DNA from: Azolla caroliniana
Taxonomy: Eukaryota > Plantae > Polypodiophyta
Length of the DNA stretch: 64,000 nt
Direction of reading: 5' to 3'
Assembly (NCBI GenBank): GCA_043228905.1
Contig: JBHGNT010000005.1
Coordinates: 16,988,001 to 17,052,000, forward strand
The translations under genes were made by a program, and so were the position numbers. Shown one piece after another: positions 1-12,548 of this stretch. The notes under the pieces were generated by a model that saw only the letters and a program-made list of their open reading frames with translations, ran no database searches and had not been told where the DNA came from. Numbering within the stretch: position 1 is the stretch's first letter; every line of letters starts with the position of its first letter.

Positions 1-642
1 CCAACATAGAAGGCAGGCATCATCATTGATACCTTCGAAGGGCGTGTGGCCGATTGAGGGGTAATTATGGGACCAGCTTTACGGGAATTCCTACACGCGT
101 ATCATGGCGGAAAAAAGCTAAGGCCAATCATACAATAGTATCTGGCGATACTATTCCCACCCCGGTCTGCCTCCAGCACAACCCAGTAAACCCACGCCGC
201 CGCCACGTTCCGTGAAACGACAGTTAGCAGACTTGGCTACCATGGAATGGGAAGACGAACCACAATCTTCCCAGCCCATCACGCGAACAACATACGAAGA
301 ATGGTCGGCAAGAAGGGAGGAAGCCTTGCATGAGCAGGAAGCCGAGCAACGCCAGGAAAGCCTGAGGCCGAAACGGCGTAGGCTAGACTAGAAAGATGGG
401 CGCGAACTGGTCAAAGACACAACCGCGGACACAGACACGACGGCCTTGGTTGACAGTTTCGCAACTACGGAGCCTAACACCACTTTAGAAATAATCCGAG
501 AACCACGACGATCATTACGGCCCAGTCACAGTGTGGGAAAGGCGTACTCACGGCAGAAAGCGAAGTCCTAAAGTACCCGGATATCCCAGATACAGCCCAT
601 GAATTCGGTGCACTACTACAATTTGGAACAACTTACGACCTC

Positions 643-1503
643 ATGGAAGTTTTGGCAATGCAGCAAATTAAGGTATCGCAGAAAATGGCGGAGGAGCACG
701 CAGAACAACAAATGATTGAACGTGCACTCACACACATAGCAAAAAGTGAGGATGAAGGGCCTCTAGCCAAGGTAGGCAGACAACGGAATGCTAGGATTCG
801 GCGTATGGGCATTGAACTACCTCCATTGAATGCAACCCTGGTCGAGGTACATCGGGAATTGGCTAGAGTTAGTGTGGGGGCCAAGGATATGGCTAGCAAG
901 AATAAAAACGTTTGGAAAACAGACAAGTTGACTGAAGCCCAATTACAAAAGGCCCAAGAGCGCATTACAGAGCTCGAACACAGCGTCACTAGGGCACCGC
1001 AAAACCCCGAACCAACAACAGGTAAAGACCCATTGATAACCCTACAAGAGGAGATTGCAGCACAAAAGGCCATCGTTGCTAAAGCAAAAATGGCTACGTA
1101 GCTTGCGGAGTCCGAGATTGACCACCTTCGCGCCAAACTCCGCCAATCCTCCGACAGAGAAAAGGACATCCGGGCCAAAGGCCGAAGGGCAGTGAAGGCA
1201 CTCGAAGAGAAACTAGAAGCGGAGGCAATAGCGCACACCAGCACGAAAGAAGAAAACACCCAAGTACGGGAGGAAGCCCAAAAGTCGGAAGCGGCTATCT
1301 CAGGACTTCGGGAGTTATTGGAAAAGAAGAAAGTGTGGTACGACGAGCAGTTCGTATGGGAACGGGAGGTGACGCATCAGGTCGAAGTCCGCCTGAACAA
1401 TGAAATGGGCCGGCTAGTGTGAGGAATAGTACTAAAATAGAGAGAGAATTAGGATTGGAGAAGGGAAGTATTATTAGTACTAAGAGGACAGGACTGCGTA
1501 AGA

Positions 1504-1572
<69 letters not shown>

Positions 1573-2074
1573 AATAGATGATATATTATATGAAGAGTAT
1601 GTACAAGATGGCTATGAGGCTTAAGACTGGCGTTGAGTCAATTTGGTTCAACATAATGCATTGTGCCTCCATTTATAGTGTTCTCAGGAGGAGTCCTGAA
1701 GCTTCTTGAATGTTCCAGGGAAATCTAGAATATACATTAATTTCCTATAATAAAACTTAAATGAAAATAATATCTTACGTATTACAATAGATGGTATAAT
1801 GGTCATGGGTTCGAGTCTTGCCATATCATGACAGTCGAAGGATTTACACTTGCAAGAATCCTAGATATGGGCACAGATGAAGAACCATTATGAGGAAGTG
1901 GTTGCGATTACTAAGCGAGAAATCGAAAACCTCAAAAAAACCCTGGAAGAAGCACAAAACCGCTCCCAAGTGATAACAGATAACGTACGCATACTTCTTC
2001 AAAAAAATCGGGAGAGGTTTACGGCACAATTAAAAACGGCGCTAGACAAAGGCTGGATGGCGTGGGCAACATAA
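643..2074 (+). pseudogene. Degenerate coiled-coil ORF of unknown function (pieces 643-1101, 1192-1417, 1877-2074), interrupted by the LTR at 1418-1833
   Basis: E/K/Q/A-rich helical peptide with premature stops. Aligns by eye with 62831-63699 (LRQSSDREK vs LRQSSDHEK; KVWYDEQ vs KEWYEEQ; LDKGWMAW vs LQRGWEDW). Confidence 0.45.
1418..1833 (-). repeat. Orphan LTR of the chromovirus family, with internal (CT)n and (GAT)n microsatellites
   Basis: TG...CA ends. Clear similarity to LTR 7263-7698 (ggcttaagactggcgttga, atttggttcaacataatgc, tcttgccatatcatgaca). No matching TSD seen. Confidence 0.85.
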
Positions 2075-2453
2075 GCGGCGGAGTTGCATACCTACCGGGC
2101 GGACTGGGAGAACCATAGGAAAGATGGCGTGGGCAACACAAGCTGCGGAGTTGCATATCTACTGGGTGGATTGGGAGAACCGTAGGAAAGAAGGCCGAGG
2201 TTTCTACAAACTCAATGAAGGTGTTAGGAAACAGGTCCCTCTGGATGGGAAGTGAGAAGAACAATACTGATGAGCAAACTTGGCCGAGGCCGAAACCAGA
2301 TGTGGAGTACCCGGCAAGAGCCGGATGATCAAAGACCCGGTGAGAACCGGATGAAGAGTACCCAGCTACGGAAGACCCGGTGAGAACCGGATGAGCTAAT
2401 GGTCAAGAGCTCGACCCATATAACCTAAGGTCATGGGTTCGAGTCTTGCCATA

Positions 2454-5400
2454 TCATGACACTATCCCCCCTTTAAAACGACGAGTGTCACGAATCGTCT
2501 TGGATTGAGGACCCGGTTTGTGTGGATATTGACGATGGAAGTCTTCAAGAAGAGCACGAGCATTGGTCACATTTTCGATCGGTTCCCAAGTACGTTCGCT
2601 GGGACTATAGCCTAGCCAATCGACTAGATAGTAGAGCTTGTTGCGAACAATCTTGGAATCAAGGATGGTGGCAACCTCGTACTCCGGCCCATCTTCAAGC
2701 TCGATCGGGGGTGGAGGTTGGATAAGACGTCCTGGGATGGTGCTCTCGTGGTAGGGTTCGAGGAGAGAACTATGAAACATCGGATGTATCCGAAGTTGAG
2801 GAGGTAGATCGAGACAAAAAGCGACATCATTAATCTGTCCAATAATACAGAAAGGACCTAATCGCTGATAATCCAACTTCTCACATGGGCGAGTAGTCTT
2901 GATGTGTCGTCGTAGCAGCCACACCCGATCTCCAATATTAAAATTGGATGGAAGTCGATGACGATCCGCGTAGACCTTGTGTGTTTGTTGAGCTTGCTGG
3001 AGATGAGTAGATAAATCCGCTTGTATCTTGCGTCACCGCTCCAAATGATCCTCCGCGCACGGATTTGTGGACACCTCTGGGGTTTCAAGTACACTCCACC
3101 GGGGATGACATCCCGTATAAGCATAAAATGGTGTAACTTTAGTGGATGCGTGGATAGAGTTGTTATAGGCAAATTCGGCGAAGTGGAGAATATCTGCCCA
3201 GTCGTCCTGATGATAACTGAGAAAGCACCACAGATACTGCTCCAGCGTTTGATTTGTTCATTCAGCTTGGCCATCGGTTTGTGGGTGGTAGCCGGAGGAG
3301 AGGTTACAAGAGACCTTGAGCATGTTAAAAAGGTGCTTCCAGAATTTTGACACGAACTGGGGTCCACAGTCGCTGATGATACTATCGGGAAGTCCATGAT
3401 GCCGACATACTTCACGCATGACAATTTCGGCAGTGTCTTCACTGGAGATCTCCTTAGTACATGGAAAGAAATGAGCCATCTTTGTGTATCGATCGACCAT
3501 CGTTAGAATCGCACTGAACCCCTTAGAGATTGGAAGATCTGTGATGAAGTCTAGAGCAATGGATTGCCACGGCTTGCTTGGAATTGGTAATGGTTCTAAT
3601 AAACCATATGGATGATGCCTTGGCATTTTCGCTCTGCAACATGTATCACAAGTCCGAACAAAATCCTTGACAAATTGTCGCATACAGGGCCACCAGAATG
3701 ATCGTTGTACTAAATGTAATGTTTTAGTACTACCAAAATGCCCAACTGTATATGTGTCATGGCAGTTTTGAACTACTCGAAGGCGGCAAGAACCATTAGG
3801 AACATACAAAAGTTCTTTAAAGAAGAGTAATCCATCATGGTATTTGAATTGCTGATAGTCCGTACCTGGTGGTTGCGACTGTGAACACGACGCTCGAGAG
3901 GGATCAATTTGTGCTAGTATAGCTTGGGCGAACGCATCTGTCTTCAACTCTTCACGTATGGTATCGATAACGTGGGAATCCATGGGCATGTCAAAGATCT
4001 GTGTTGCTTGTAGTCGTGCCGGTCCCAAGATGACTTGTTTTTGGTTATCGAAAGCTGGCTCGCCAGGACTGGGTGCTAGATATGAACGTCGTGATAATGC
4101 ATCTGCGTTCCCTTGGTGCTTCCCCGGACGATATGTAATTTTGAAGTCGAAACGCGTGAGGAAGTGGGCCCACCGAGCTTGACGTCAATTCAACACACGA
4201 GCATCCTGAAAGTAGGCAAGATTCTTGTGATCACTAAATACGGTGACTGGATGAGAGGATCCCTCCAGAAAATGCCTCCATTGCATAAAAGAATCCACTA
4301 TTGCCAATAGCTCCTTATCATCAATTTCGTAGTTAATTTCGGCGGCGTCAAACTTGCGTGGGTGAAAAGCCACAGGATGTAGCTTCTCATCATTCCCCTG
4401 TTGTGACAGAATGCTCCCCAATGCAAAATCTGATGCGTCAGCTTCGATAATGAATGCTTTTTCCGGATAGACATGAGCTAGAATTGGAGCCAATGTAAAT
4501 GCCTTTTTAAGACTCTCGAAAGCCATGTCCGTTTCTTCAGACCAGATGAACGGTTGTCCCTTCCTAGTAAGTTGTGTGAGAGGTAGAACGATCTTTGAGT
4601 AATCTTGTATGAACTTCTGGTAAAAATTGGCAAAGCCTAGGAAGCATTGCACATCCCGCACCGAACGCGGAGTCTGCCATTCTACCACCGTTTTGACCTT
4701 AGTTGGGTCCATGGAGATGCCTTCTGACAAAATGATGTAGCCGAGAAATTCCACTTGGTTGCAACCGAAACTACATTTTTCCAGCTTTGCATACAGACCA
4801 TGTTCTTGAAGTCGTTTTAGTACTAATAGTACATGAGAATCATGTTCTTCTTGGGTCTTTGAATAAACTAGTAGATCATCCAAATAGATGATCAAACAAT
4901 CATCCAATAGATCTCGGAATATATCATTAGCCATGTGCTGAAAGACTGTCGGCGCATTAGTGAGGCCGAACGGCATGACCGTATACTCGAAGTGCCCATA
5001 TCTAGTGTGAAACACGGTCTTCCATTCGTCTCCTGGTCGGATCCGTACGAGGTTACATGCTCCCCGTAAGTCAATTTTCGTGAAGAACCTGGCACCATTG
5101 ATCCGTTCTAAAAGACTTGAGATAAGGGGAAGAGCATACCTATTCCTGATTGTAACCTTATTCAAGCCACGGTAATCTACAACGAGACGAAGCGATCCAT
5201 CTTTTTTCTTGACGAAGAAAATGGGCGCGCCGGCTGGAGATTTCGAATGTCGAATGAAACCATTTTCCAAATTCTCCTTGATATAGGCCCGAAGGACTTC
5301 CAGTTTGGTTGGTGACAAATTGTAGATCGGTCCCCATGGCGGCTCTTTTCCCGGTTGTAAATCGATGGGGCAATCGTACGGTCGATGATGAGGAAGTGTG

Positions 5401-6011
5401 TTGGCTTGCATTTTATCGAACACATCGGCGTAATGACGATACTTCTCGGGAAGTTGAACAGTGGATTCTTCTTTAGTAGTGCTGGAGGGGTTTACTGATA
5501 TTGCAAAGAGAAACATTTCCTCCTTGCGCCCTTCTTTACGCAACTGATGTAGCGAAATGGTTGCGATCTTTTGAGTTGACCCTTGGGTTTGTCGACACCG
5601 GATTTCTCTTGTTCTCCAATCTATGTCTGGGTTATGTAACTCGAACCATGGTAATCCTAAAACTATAGGATGTTCTGGGATACTAATAATATTAAATGAT
5701 ACTACACATGCTAAGTTATCTAGGACAATATTAATGGGCTCTGACTCTTCTATGATATTTCCGGAAGCAATGGGACGTCCATCAATGACTACTACAGAGG
5801 CTGGACACTGGAGTTTTCTTAGGGATATCTTATGAGCTTGAGCAAATTTCTTATCCATAAAGCAAGAGTTAGCTCCGGAATCTAGGAGTGCTAGGACATG
5901 TACTGAAGGGGTACTTTTAGTACTAACTATTACTTGGGCTACGAACACATCACTAACTTGCTTAGAGGGAATGGAACCACTAATGGGCTGCACAGATCTA
6001 GGGCTGTCCAA
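2454..6011 (-). pseudogene. pol: Chromovirus pol: protease, RT, RNase H, integrase, chromodomain; several stops
   Basis: LLDSGA protease; YLDD RT; DASDFALG RNase H; HHCC integrase (HDTYTVGH...CDTC) with GPF; C-terminal chromodomain YEVATILDSK...YLVDWLGY...TWEP. Confidence 0.93.
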
Positions 6012-6037
6012 CCAAACGGCTCCTATTTTGGCTGGAC

Positions 6038-7189
6038 TTAGTCGTTTAACTCTTCTTCTAACTGACTAAGGACATCAAATTTGTTCGCTAGATCTAGGCT
6101 ATTAGTACTATTAGGACTATCAGATATTCCTACTGAAATAGGCTCGGGTTTAGTACAATTAGAACTAGCGACTATTTGGTTTACCTGTCTTCGAGGCCTA
6201 TGGGGGCAATTTATTGCGATATGTCCTGGTCCACCGCAGTAAAGACATAGTCGATTTGCACGGCATCTCTGCTTTTCTTCTTCGGATAATGGCCCTCGAC
6301 GACGTGTAGTGTCAATCTCCATCGGAGTCAGAGTATTCGCTGGAGGCGCATTATATGACTCCCTCGGAAAAGGTCTTGCTACCACTGAGGCGTAGGTGGG
6401 CTCTGATCTTGGCCTCGGCATCTATAGCTATCTTTCTGAACGTCGCTCAAAGAGGCGGTTGTCACATCTCACCGCGTGACTGATTTCTTCTGTTAAGGAC
6501 TTTGGCTCTTCGGGGAAGGTCAAGAGTAAATCCTTGACGTCGTTGCGTAAACCATAACGGAATTGCTCCATCAACGCTTGATCATCCCAAGGGATATCGG
6601 CGGCGAGTAGGCGAAAATCTGCAACGTATGCGGAGGCTGGACGATCACCTTGGCGTAATCGCCGAATTTTGTTGATTGCGGTCCTGATGCTGTCAGTATC
6701 TCCGAAACATGCTTTAAACTCACCTAGAAACTCTTCAAAATTGTTGAGTAACAGAGATTCCTTTTCTAATAGTGGAGCGAACCATGACAACGCTGAGCCA
6801 CTTAACAAAGTGCCTACTAAACCCACTCGTGATGCATCGGTGGGATATAAGGAAGGATGCATTTGGATAACTAATCATACCTGGTTAAGGAACCCTCTAA
6901 ACTACGATCGCGTTCCATCGAACTTCGTGGGAAGGCCAATCTTGGGTTCTTTATGAATCCCTTGTGTTCCGGGCCCTTGTTGTTGCATCGCTACGATGGT
7001 TGCTTCGAGTTGTTGCACGCGTAACGCAAGTTCCCCATGTTGTTGTTGCGTTTGCTGCTTTTCTAAGGAGATTTGCTGAAGATCCCCCAACAATCGTTGG
7101 TTTTCTTGTTCCAAAGCATGGAACTTCTCTTTCAAGCATTGAAATTCCGAGAAAACAGATTGATATTCTTCAGCGCTAACAGTGGCCAT
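6038..7189 (-). pseudogene. gag: Chromovirus gag (PEG10/RTL-like capsid plus CCHC knuckle), with premature stops
   Basis: EPKIGLPTKFDG, LLSGSALSWF, LRQGDRPASAY, QFRYGL, PMEID, CLYCGGPGHIAINC. Confidence 0.9.
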
Positions 7190-7248
7190 GGGATGAAAGA
7201 AAAGAGCAATAAGAGATTAGTAGGAAATGAGAGAGATAGAAGGTAGAA

Positions 7249-7260
7249 AAATTGGTTCAA
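7249..7260 (-). promoter_or_regulatory. Self-priming PBS (no tRNA PBS)
   Basis: Minus-strand TTGAACCAATTT, 2 nt inside the LTR boundary, is the exact complement of minus-strand AAATTGGTTCAA at 7481-7470, about 30 nt downstream of the LTR TATA box. Confidence 0.8.
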
Positions 7261-7262
7261 AC

Positions 7263-7698
7263 TGTCAGGAACAGTACTGAGATAGAGAAGGAATTAGTAC
7301 TAAACAAAGGATTAGTACTATGAGAGGTGTAGAACTTCTTCGAGAGAAGGAAGGAGTGAGCGAGACGAGGAGAGAGAGAGAGATCGAGAGAGAGAGAGAG
7401 TGATGATAAGAAAGATATGTATTATATGAAGAGAATATACAATGGTGGCTAAAAGGCTTAAGACTGGCGTTGAACCAATTTGGTTCAACATAATGCCTAG
7501 TGCCCTCTTTTATAGTGTTTTCAAGAGTAATCCTAAAGCTTCTAGAATGTTCCAGAGAAATCTGGAATATACACTAATTTCCTATAATAAAATGTAAATG
7601 AAAATAATATCCTACGTATTACAATAGATGGTCTAATGGTCAAGAGCTCGACTCATATGACCTAAGGTCATGGGTTTGAGTCTTGCCATATCATGACA
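7263..7698 (-). repeat. 5' LTR of the chromovirus
   Basis: TGTCA...TGACA ends; minus-strand TATAAAA at about 7514-7508; homologous to 1418-1833 and 2395-2461. Confidence 0.9.
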
Positions 7699-7929
7699 GT
7701 AGAAAGGAATGAGCCAGTAGAGCTGGGTCTTATCATGTAAGGAGAAGATGACGCCATGGAAACCCCCACGATGACCAAGCAACGATGTGCCTACGGGCAT
7801 TATGCCTTCCCCAGACCAGGACGTATGAACGGAACCAAACATCCGGGATATTTTGGAGGATGAATAGAGGGATGGGTCCGACGTGCCATGGCATTGTCCC
7901 AGAGGTGTGCCAGGTGTTATCCGCCGGAA

Positions 7930-8258
7930 TCGTAACCGACGGACAGACGCGCAGAAATATTATAATATAGTAAAGCGTTAAGAAGCGAATGTAACAATTC
8001 ACGCAAGAAGCGTGAGCGGCGGAACGCCCTATGTATATAAAGGGCAGAAATCCTCTATAAGAGGTAGCGTGTAATTTGGAGTGTAAAATGTTTTTCTAAT
8101 AGAATACTATCTTTTCTTATCTCTGTGCATATCTGTGGCTATTTGTGTGGCCCTCCATTTTTTCTCTATTGTGTACTGTTTAATTGTAAGTGTGTGTCAG
8201 TGTAAGTGCGTATACTAGTGCACTTCCTAAGGAGTTTAGTTGTAGCCGTCTCCCTTAT
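7930..8258 (+). repeat. LTR-like remnant of another retroelement family
   Basis: TATATAAAG at about 8035 followed by AATAGAA and a pyrimidine/TG-rich tract; similar layout at about 53630-53900. Ends not defined. Confidence 0.35.
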
Positions 8259-8259
8259 A

Positions 8260-10081
8260 TGCTACCAGGATACGATGGAGCTAACGACACAACACCTGAT
8301 GTGGCACACAAGGACTTCCCAGTGTGGGAACAAGCGGCAAGCAGAGTGATATATTGCTTTGCGTCCAGTGTCAGAGACCAGCTGCTGAGCCATGTCCAAG
8401 ATGCCAAGACGCCAAAAGAAGCTTGGGGAAACCTGAAGAAGGTTTTTGCGGCAAGCACTACTGCCCGGAAGCTGCAACTCCGACAAGAGTTGAGCAATGT
8501 CCGACAAAAGAACATGTTAGCAGCCGATTACACGGCCCGAATCAAAGAAATCTCTAACTCACTTGCCTCTATCAACGTCACTGTAGAGGAAGATGAGATG
8601 GTGCAGATATGTCTTGGGGGCCTAGTATCTAAGTTCAGAGCGTTCCGAACGGTGATATGTACAACGGAGAATACGCCGTCATTTTTCGACTTACAATTGA
8701 TGCTTTATAGAGGAGAACCATGCTGATGTGTCAACAAGTGCACCCATCGACAACCGGATGTTGTACACGGAGGCGGATCCGCCCCGTGGGTGTGGTGGAC
8801 AAGGCGGGTCAGCTCGCAATGGTAGCGGCCGGCAAGAGCAGGACCGAAGGCACAGAGAGCGTGCTGACAGCAGTTCCGGACCCTCCACAAGTAGGGGGAG
8901 TCAAGGCGGCGCTGGAGGCCGGCAACGAAAGGCCGACACGGAATGTTGGTACTGTGGTTAAAAGGGCCACAGAGAAAGCGAGTGCTAGAAGAAGCACACT
9001 GATTCGGACAGATCCGGATCCGGCAAGGACGGCAGAGAGAATCGGCAATAATCGCACTACGCAGAAGGACAGGTGATGAAACATGAGGCTAACTCGATGA
9101 AGAAGACCACTTCCAAATCGGAGGAAGTGTGGTACATTGATTCCGGTGCGTCGAATCACATGACGAGCAACAGAGAGTGGTTCTCTTTCTTGGAGAAACC
9201 GAAACAACTGGGAGTCATTGAAACCGGAGACGATACTCCACACCCTATCGTGCATGTCGGAGAAGTCCCTTTGAGCCACGTTGGATAGAGGGGGAAGCTG
9301 ATGAACGTATTACACGTTCCGACCATGACGAAGAACCTGGTGTTGGTTGTACAGATTGTCAAGTAGGGGATGCAGGTGTGGTTTATGCACCTCAGGTGCG
9401 TCATCGAGGAAGAGAGCCAAATCATTACACAAGGGCGCAGAGACGGGAGGATGTTTATCCTCGACAGCAATGACGTCGGCACTGCTTTGTTCGCCAAAGG
9501 ATAGAAGATTAAATCAGATATCGATCTCTGACACAAGCAAATTGGCCACGTCAATTACCGGAGGCTTCAAGACTTGCAAACGAAACAAGTTGTTTTCGGT
9601 TTGCCGAAGTTTAGTGGCCAAAAGGCCCAAGTATGTGAAGCCTGCCAACTTGAGAAGCAACACTGGCTTCCATTCCCCACCGAACGAAACCGGAGCCATA
9701 ACAAGCTCGATCTAATCCATTCGGATGTATGGGGACCGACACAAAATGTGAGTCTTGGCGGGAGTCGATATTTCGTCTCCTTCATCGACGACTACAGCCG
9801 GCACACATGGATCTACCTCATTGAGTGGAAGAGCGAAGTCTTCGAGTGTTTCCAGAACCTGCAAAGCCTGGTTGAACGGGAAACGGAGAGGAAGATCAAG
9901 TGCCTGTGCTCGGATGGTGGAAAAGAATATTTTTCTGGTCAATTCAACAATTATCTACAGCAAAAAGAAATTCGGAGAGAGTTCAGCTACACATACACAC
10001 CGGAGCAAAACGGTGTGGCCGAGAGGAGGAACCGGTCGCTTATCAACGCGGCAAGGGCAATGTTGGAGGAGAAGAGCATGT
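8260..10081 (+). pseudogene. Copia A gag, protease, GAG-pre-integrase and N-terminal integrase, degenerate
   Basis: KTPKEAWGNLKKVF; CWYCG knuckle; WYIDSGASNHM protease; LIHSDVWGP, FIDDYSR, SDGGKEY, TPEQNGVAER integrase core. Confidence 0.9.
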
Positions 10082-12548
10082 TGTTACCCATAGGAGTTGT
10101 ACGGGGCGGTATAAGGGTATGTGTAATGTATATGAGTGTGAGCATGAGTATGTGTGAGCACATGCACAATTATGTACATGTGACAGGAATGTAACAGTCT
10201 CTTTTTGTAACGGACATATTATTTACCGTTACATTATGTATTATATAAACCCCTTATGGGGCATGTAATGGATATATTTTTTTCCCCTCTCATTTGGTGT
10301 CATTTCTTATTTGTCTTTCTCTCTTGCTCTCTCTCTAATGTAACCCCCTTGGGAAGGGGGTGAAGCCATTCTAGGCTTTACCCCCCACCCCATTAACACT
10401 TTTGACACGCCTGAACAACCTACCCTCCTTTGAGAAGAAGTCTCTCCCTCTCTCTCACACTCTCCCTCTCTACTTGTTTGTTTGCCTATTTGTGTGTGTC
10501 TGCTTCCTTCTAAAAGAAAGAAGCTTTACGTCATATCCATCTATCTCTCTCTCTCTCTCTCTCTCTGCTCTTCTCTATCTTATAGTGTTGTACCTCCATG
10601 TATTGGTAAAAATCATTGTACCACCAGTCAGTTAGCCAGTCAGAGCCTATATCTGTTTGTTTGTCTCTTTGTCTCACCCATTAAGTTAATCATGATCTTT
10701 GTTCGACCTTACCTTCTTCCTTCCCTGTCGTGGACCATGGCTATGGTAGTGCTTCACGAGATCATCTCTTGATTCACCGTTTATTCGACCACTTATGCAC
10801 TGCCTCTGTGGCTTCGATTCTACTCTTCCCTTACTACACGCATACCATCATGTGCCTTCTCTAGACCTTCTCTGGGCATACACCCAACACTAATCTTTGT
10901 CTACTCAACCTGATTAATCTCTAACATCAGGTCATTTGAAACAGGTAATATGTCGTATTCTCTTTTGGCATAGTTGGCCAGATGTAGAAAAGTACCCTAT
11001 TTTAGCATGATATCGAAAATATACGATGCATGCGTACCCCTTTTGCGACTTGATGGTTAAATATAGAACAAAAAAAACCTAGCAATTACTAAATTGTATA
11101 TGTGTCCACATTCGTGTCAATTTGCATATCATGGAGCACAATTGAAGACTTGGTTCAATATAAAGTTCTAAAATTGGTATCCATATTCAAATTGTAGAGT
11201 AAAACTACATAAACCGTAATTATAAATATGTGGTTTTGGGTTTAGGAATAAAGTAGGACCCCACTTGTTGGACGGGTATATCGATAGTTTCATTGTATAA
11301 TGTCATATAGTTCATGACAATGTAATTGGTAAGAGTAACAATTACGTACGACATTCATTTATACTATGTGGAACCAGTAGACTTGAACCGTAGGTAACTA
11401 AAAAACCTCTTATTATCAAAAACATTCGCCTTTTCATATACAGTCATGCTAACGAAAATGTGAAATTACAATATCATGTTAATATCTCAAACTGAAGAAG
11501 AGCATGGTGACCAATTATATGTAAATACAAACTACGGTTCCAATAATGATTAAAAAGGGAAATTATGAACAGGTGAATTTAATTAAACGATAAACAATTA
11601 CAGATGTTCTCATTTACAAATATAATATGAAGTGATGGTGAACATTATGCCTCAAAATCCTCAATTTTTACATTACGCCATCTACATCAATCTATAAGCA
11701 AATCAGGCAAAGCAGGCTCCTCTGGCGCTGATTTTTCTAGACTATTTTCATTCGTGTCATCTCCAAGCTCTCCCGAATCTGATGTATGGTCAAACTGTGC
11801 TACATCTTCCAGGTCCACCAGCTCCCCTGCTTCTTCATCAATTGGTTCCATTGGTTCTCGTGAAGTCATCTGGAACATCTCTGTCTCGTTGATATGTTTT
11901 GCTCCGACTTCTTGATCCTGATCTGGACAGTCCCAGATTCCTGTGATCCTCATTTTGATGAAGTTAACTTGAGCAGGGTCCTTCTCCAATGCAACCCAGT
12001 TTCTAAACATCTTCAATGCACAAGCTGTCGTTGTACCTAATGGTCACATGAACACAAACAAGTATATATGGGTAAAAGCATGCGAGTGGAAACACTATTA
12101 TAGCTAATTAGCTACTAAAATGGCCATAGCTAATTAGCTATTTGTTTAGCTAGTCTTTCTTGTGGGAAAATCAAATATTTGAAAAACTAATTTATGAAAA
12201 AACTCAAATATTTGAACTTCTGTTTCAGACGTAGTGGAACTTGGGGAATATCACCATCATCTAAGGTCGACTTCAATGTCATCAATTTCCTGTTTAGCCT
12301 AAGTCTGATTTTGAACGCAGATGGAGTACTCAGAGCACGAACGCAGACATAGCTCCCGCAACAGCAAAAAATCGACATTGCAGATTGAGAGCTACAACAC
12401 AGAACCCGCTCGATCATCGTCCAGGTATGTTTCAGTTACAGAAACCCCAAACATTTGTTTTTTCATTTTGACTACTGTCTGAACTTTGGTGCCGATTCAT
12501 ATTTCCCCAAAATCGAATAGGGCGAAGTCCTTGGAGTCCCATACAAGG

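Larger units (their letters stand above)
2395..7698 (-). mobile_element. Ty3/gypsy chromovirus (Tcn1/Tf1-like), 3' LTR truncated
   Basis: 5' LTR 7263-7698; gag-PR-RT-RH-INT-chromodomain order; PPT (plus strand ccccccttt, about 2466-2474) next to a 3' LTR remnant at 2395-2461. Confidence 0.92.

Noticed and set aside
7629-7688. A bona fide tRNA gene
   Set aside because: A/B boxes are present but the acceptor and anticodon stems are poor and the segment is part of an LTR; reported as tRNA-like only.
1418-7698. LTR 1418-1833 as the partner of LTR 7263-7698
   Set aside because: Flanks do not form a TSD (GCTAG vs GTAGA), the U5 parts differ, and the PPT-adjacent LTR remnant is at 2395-2461.
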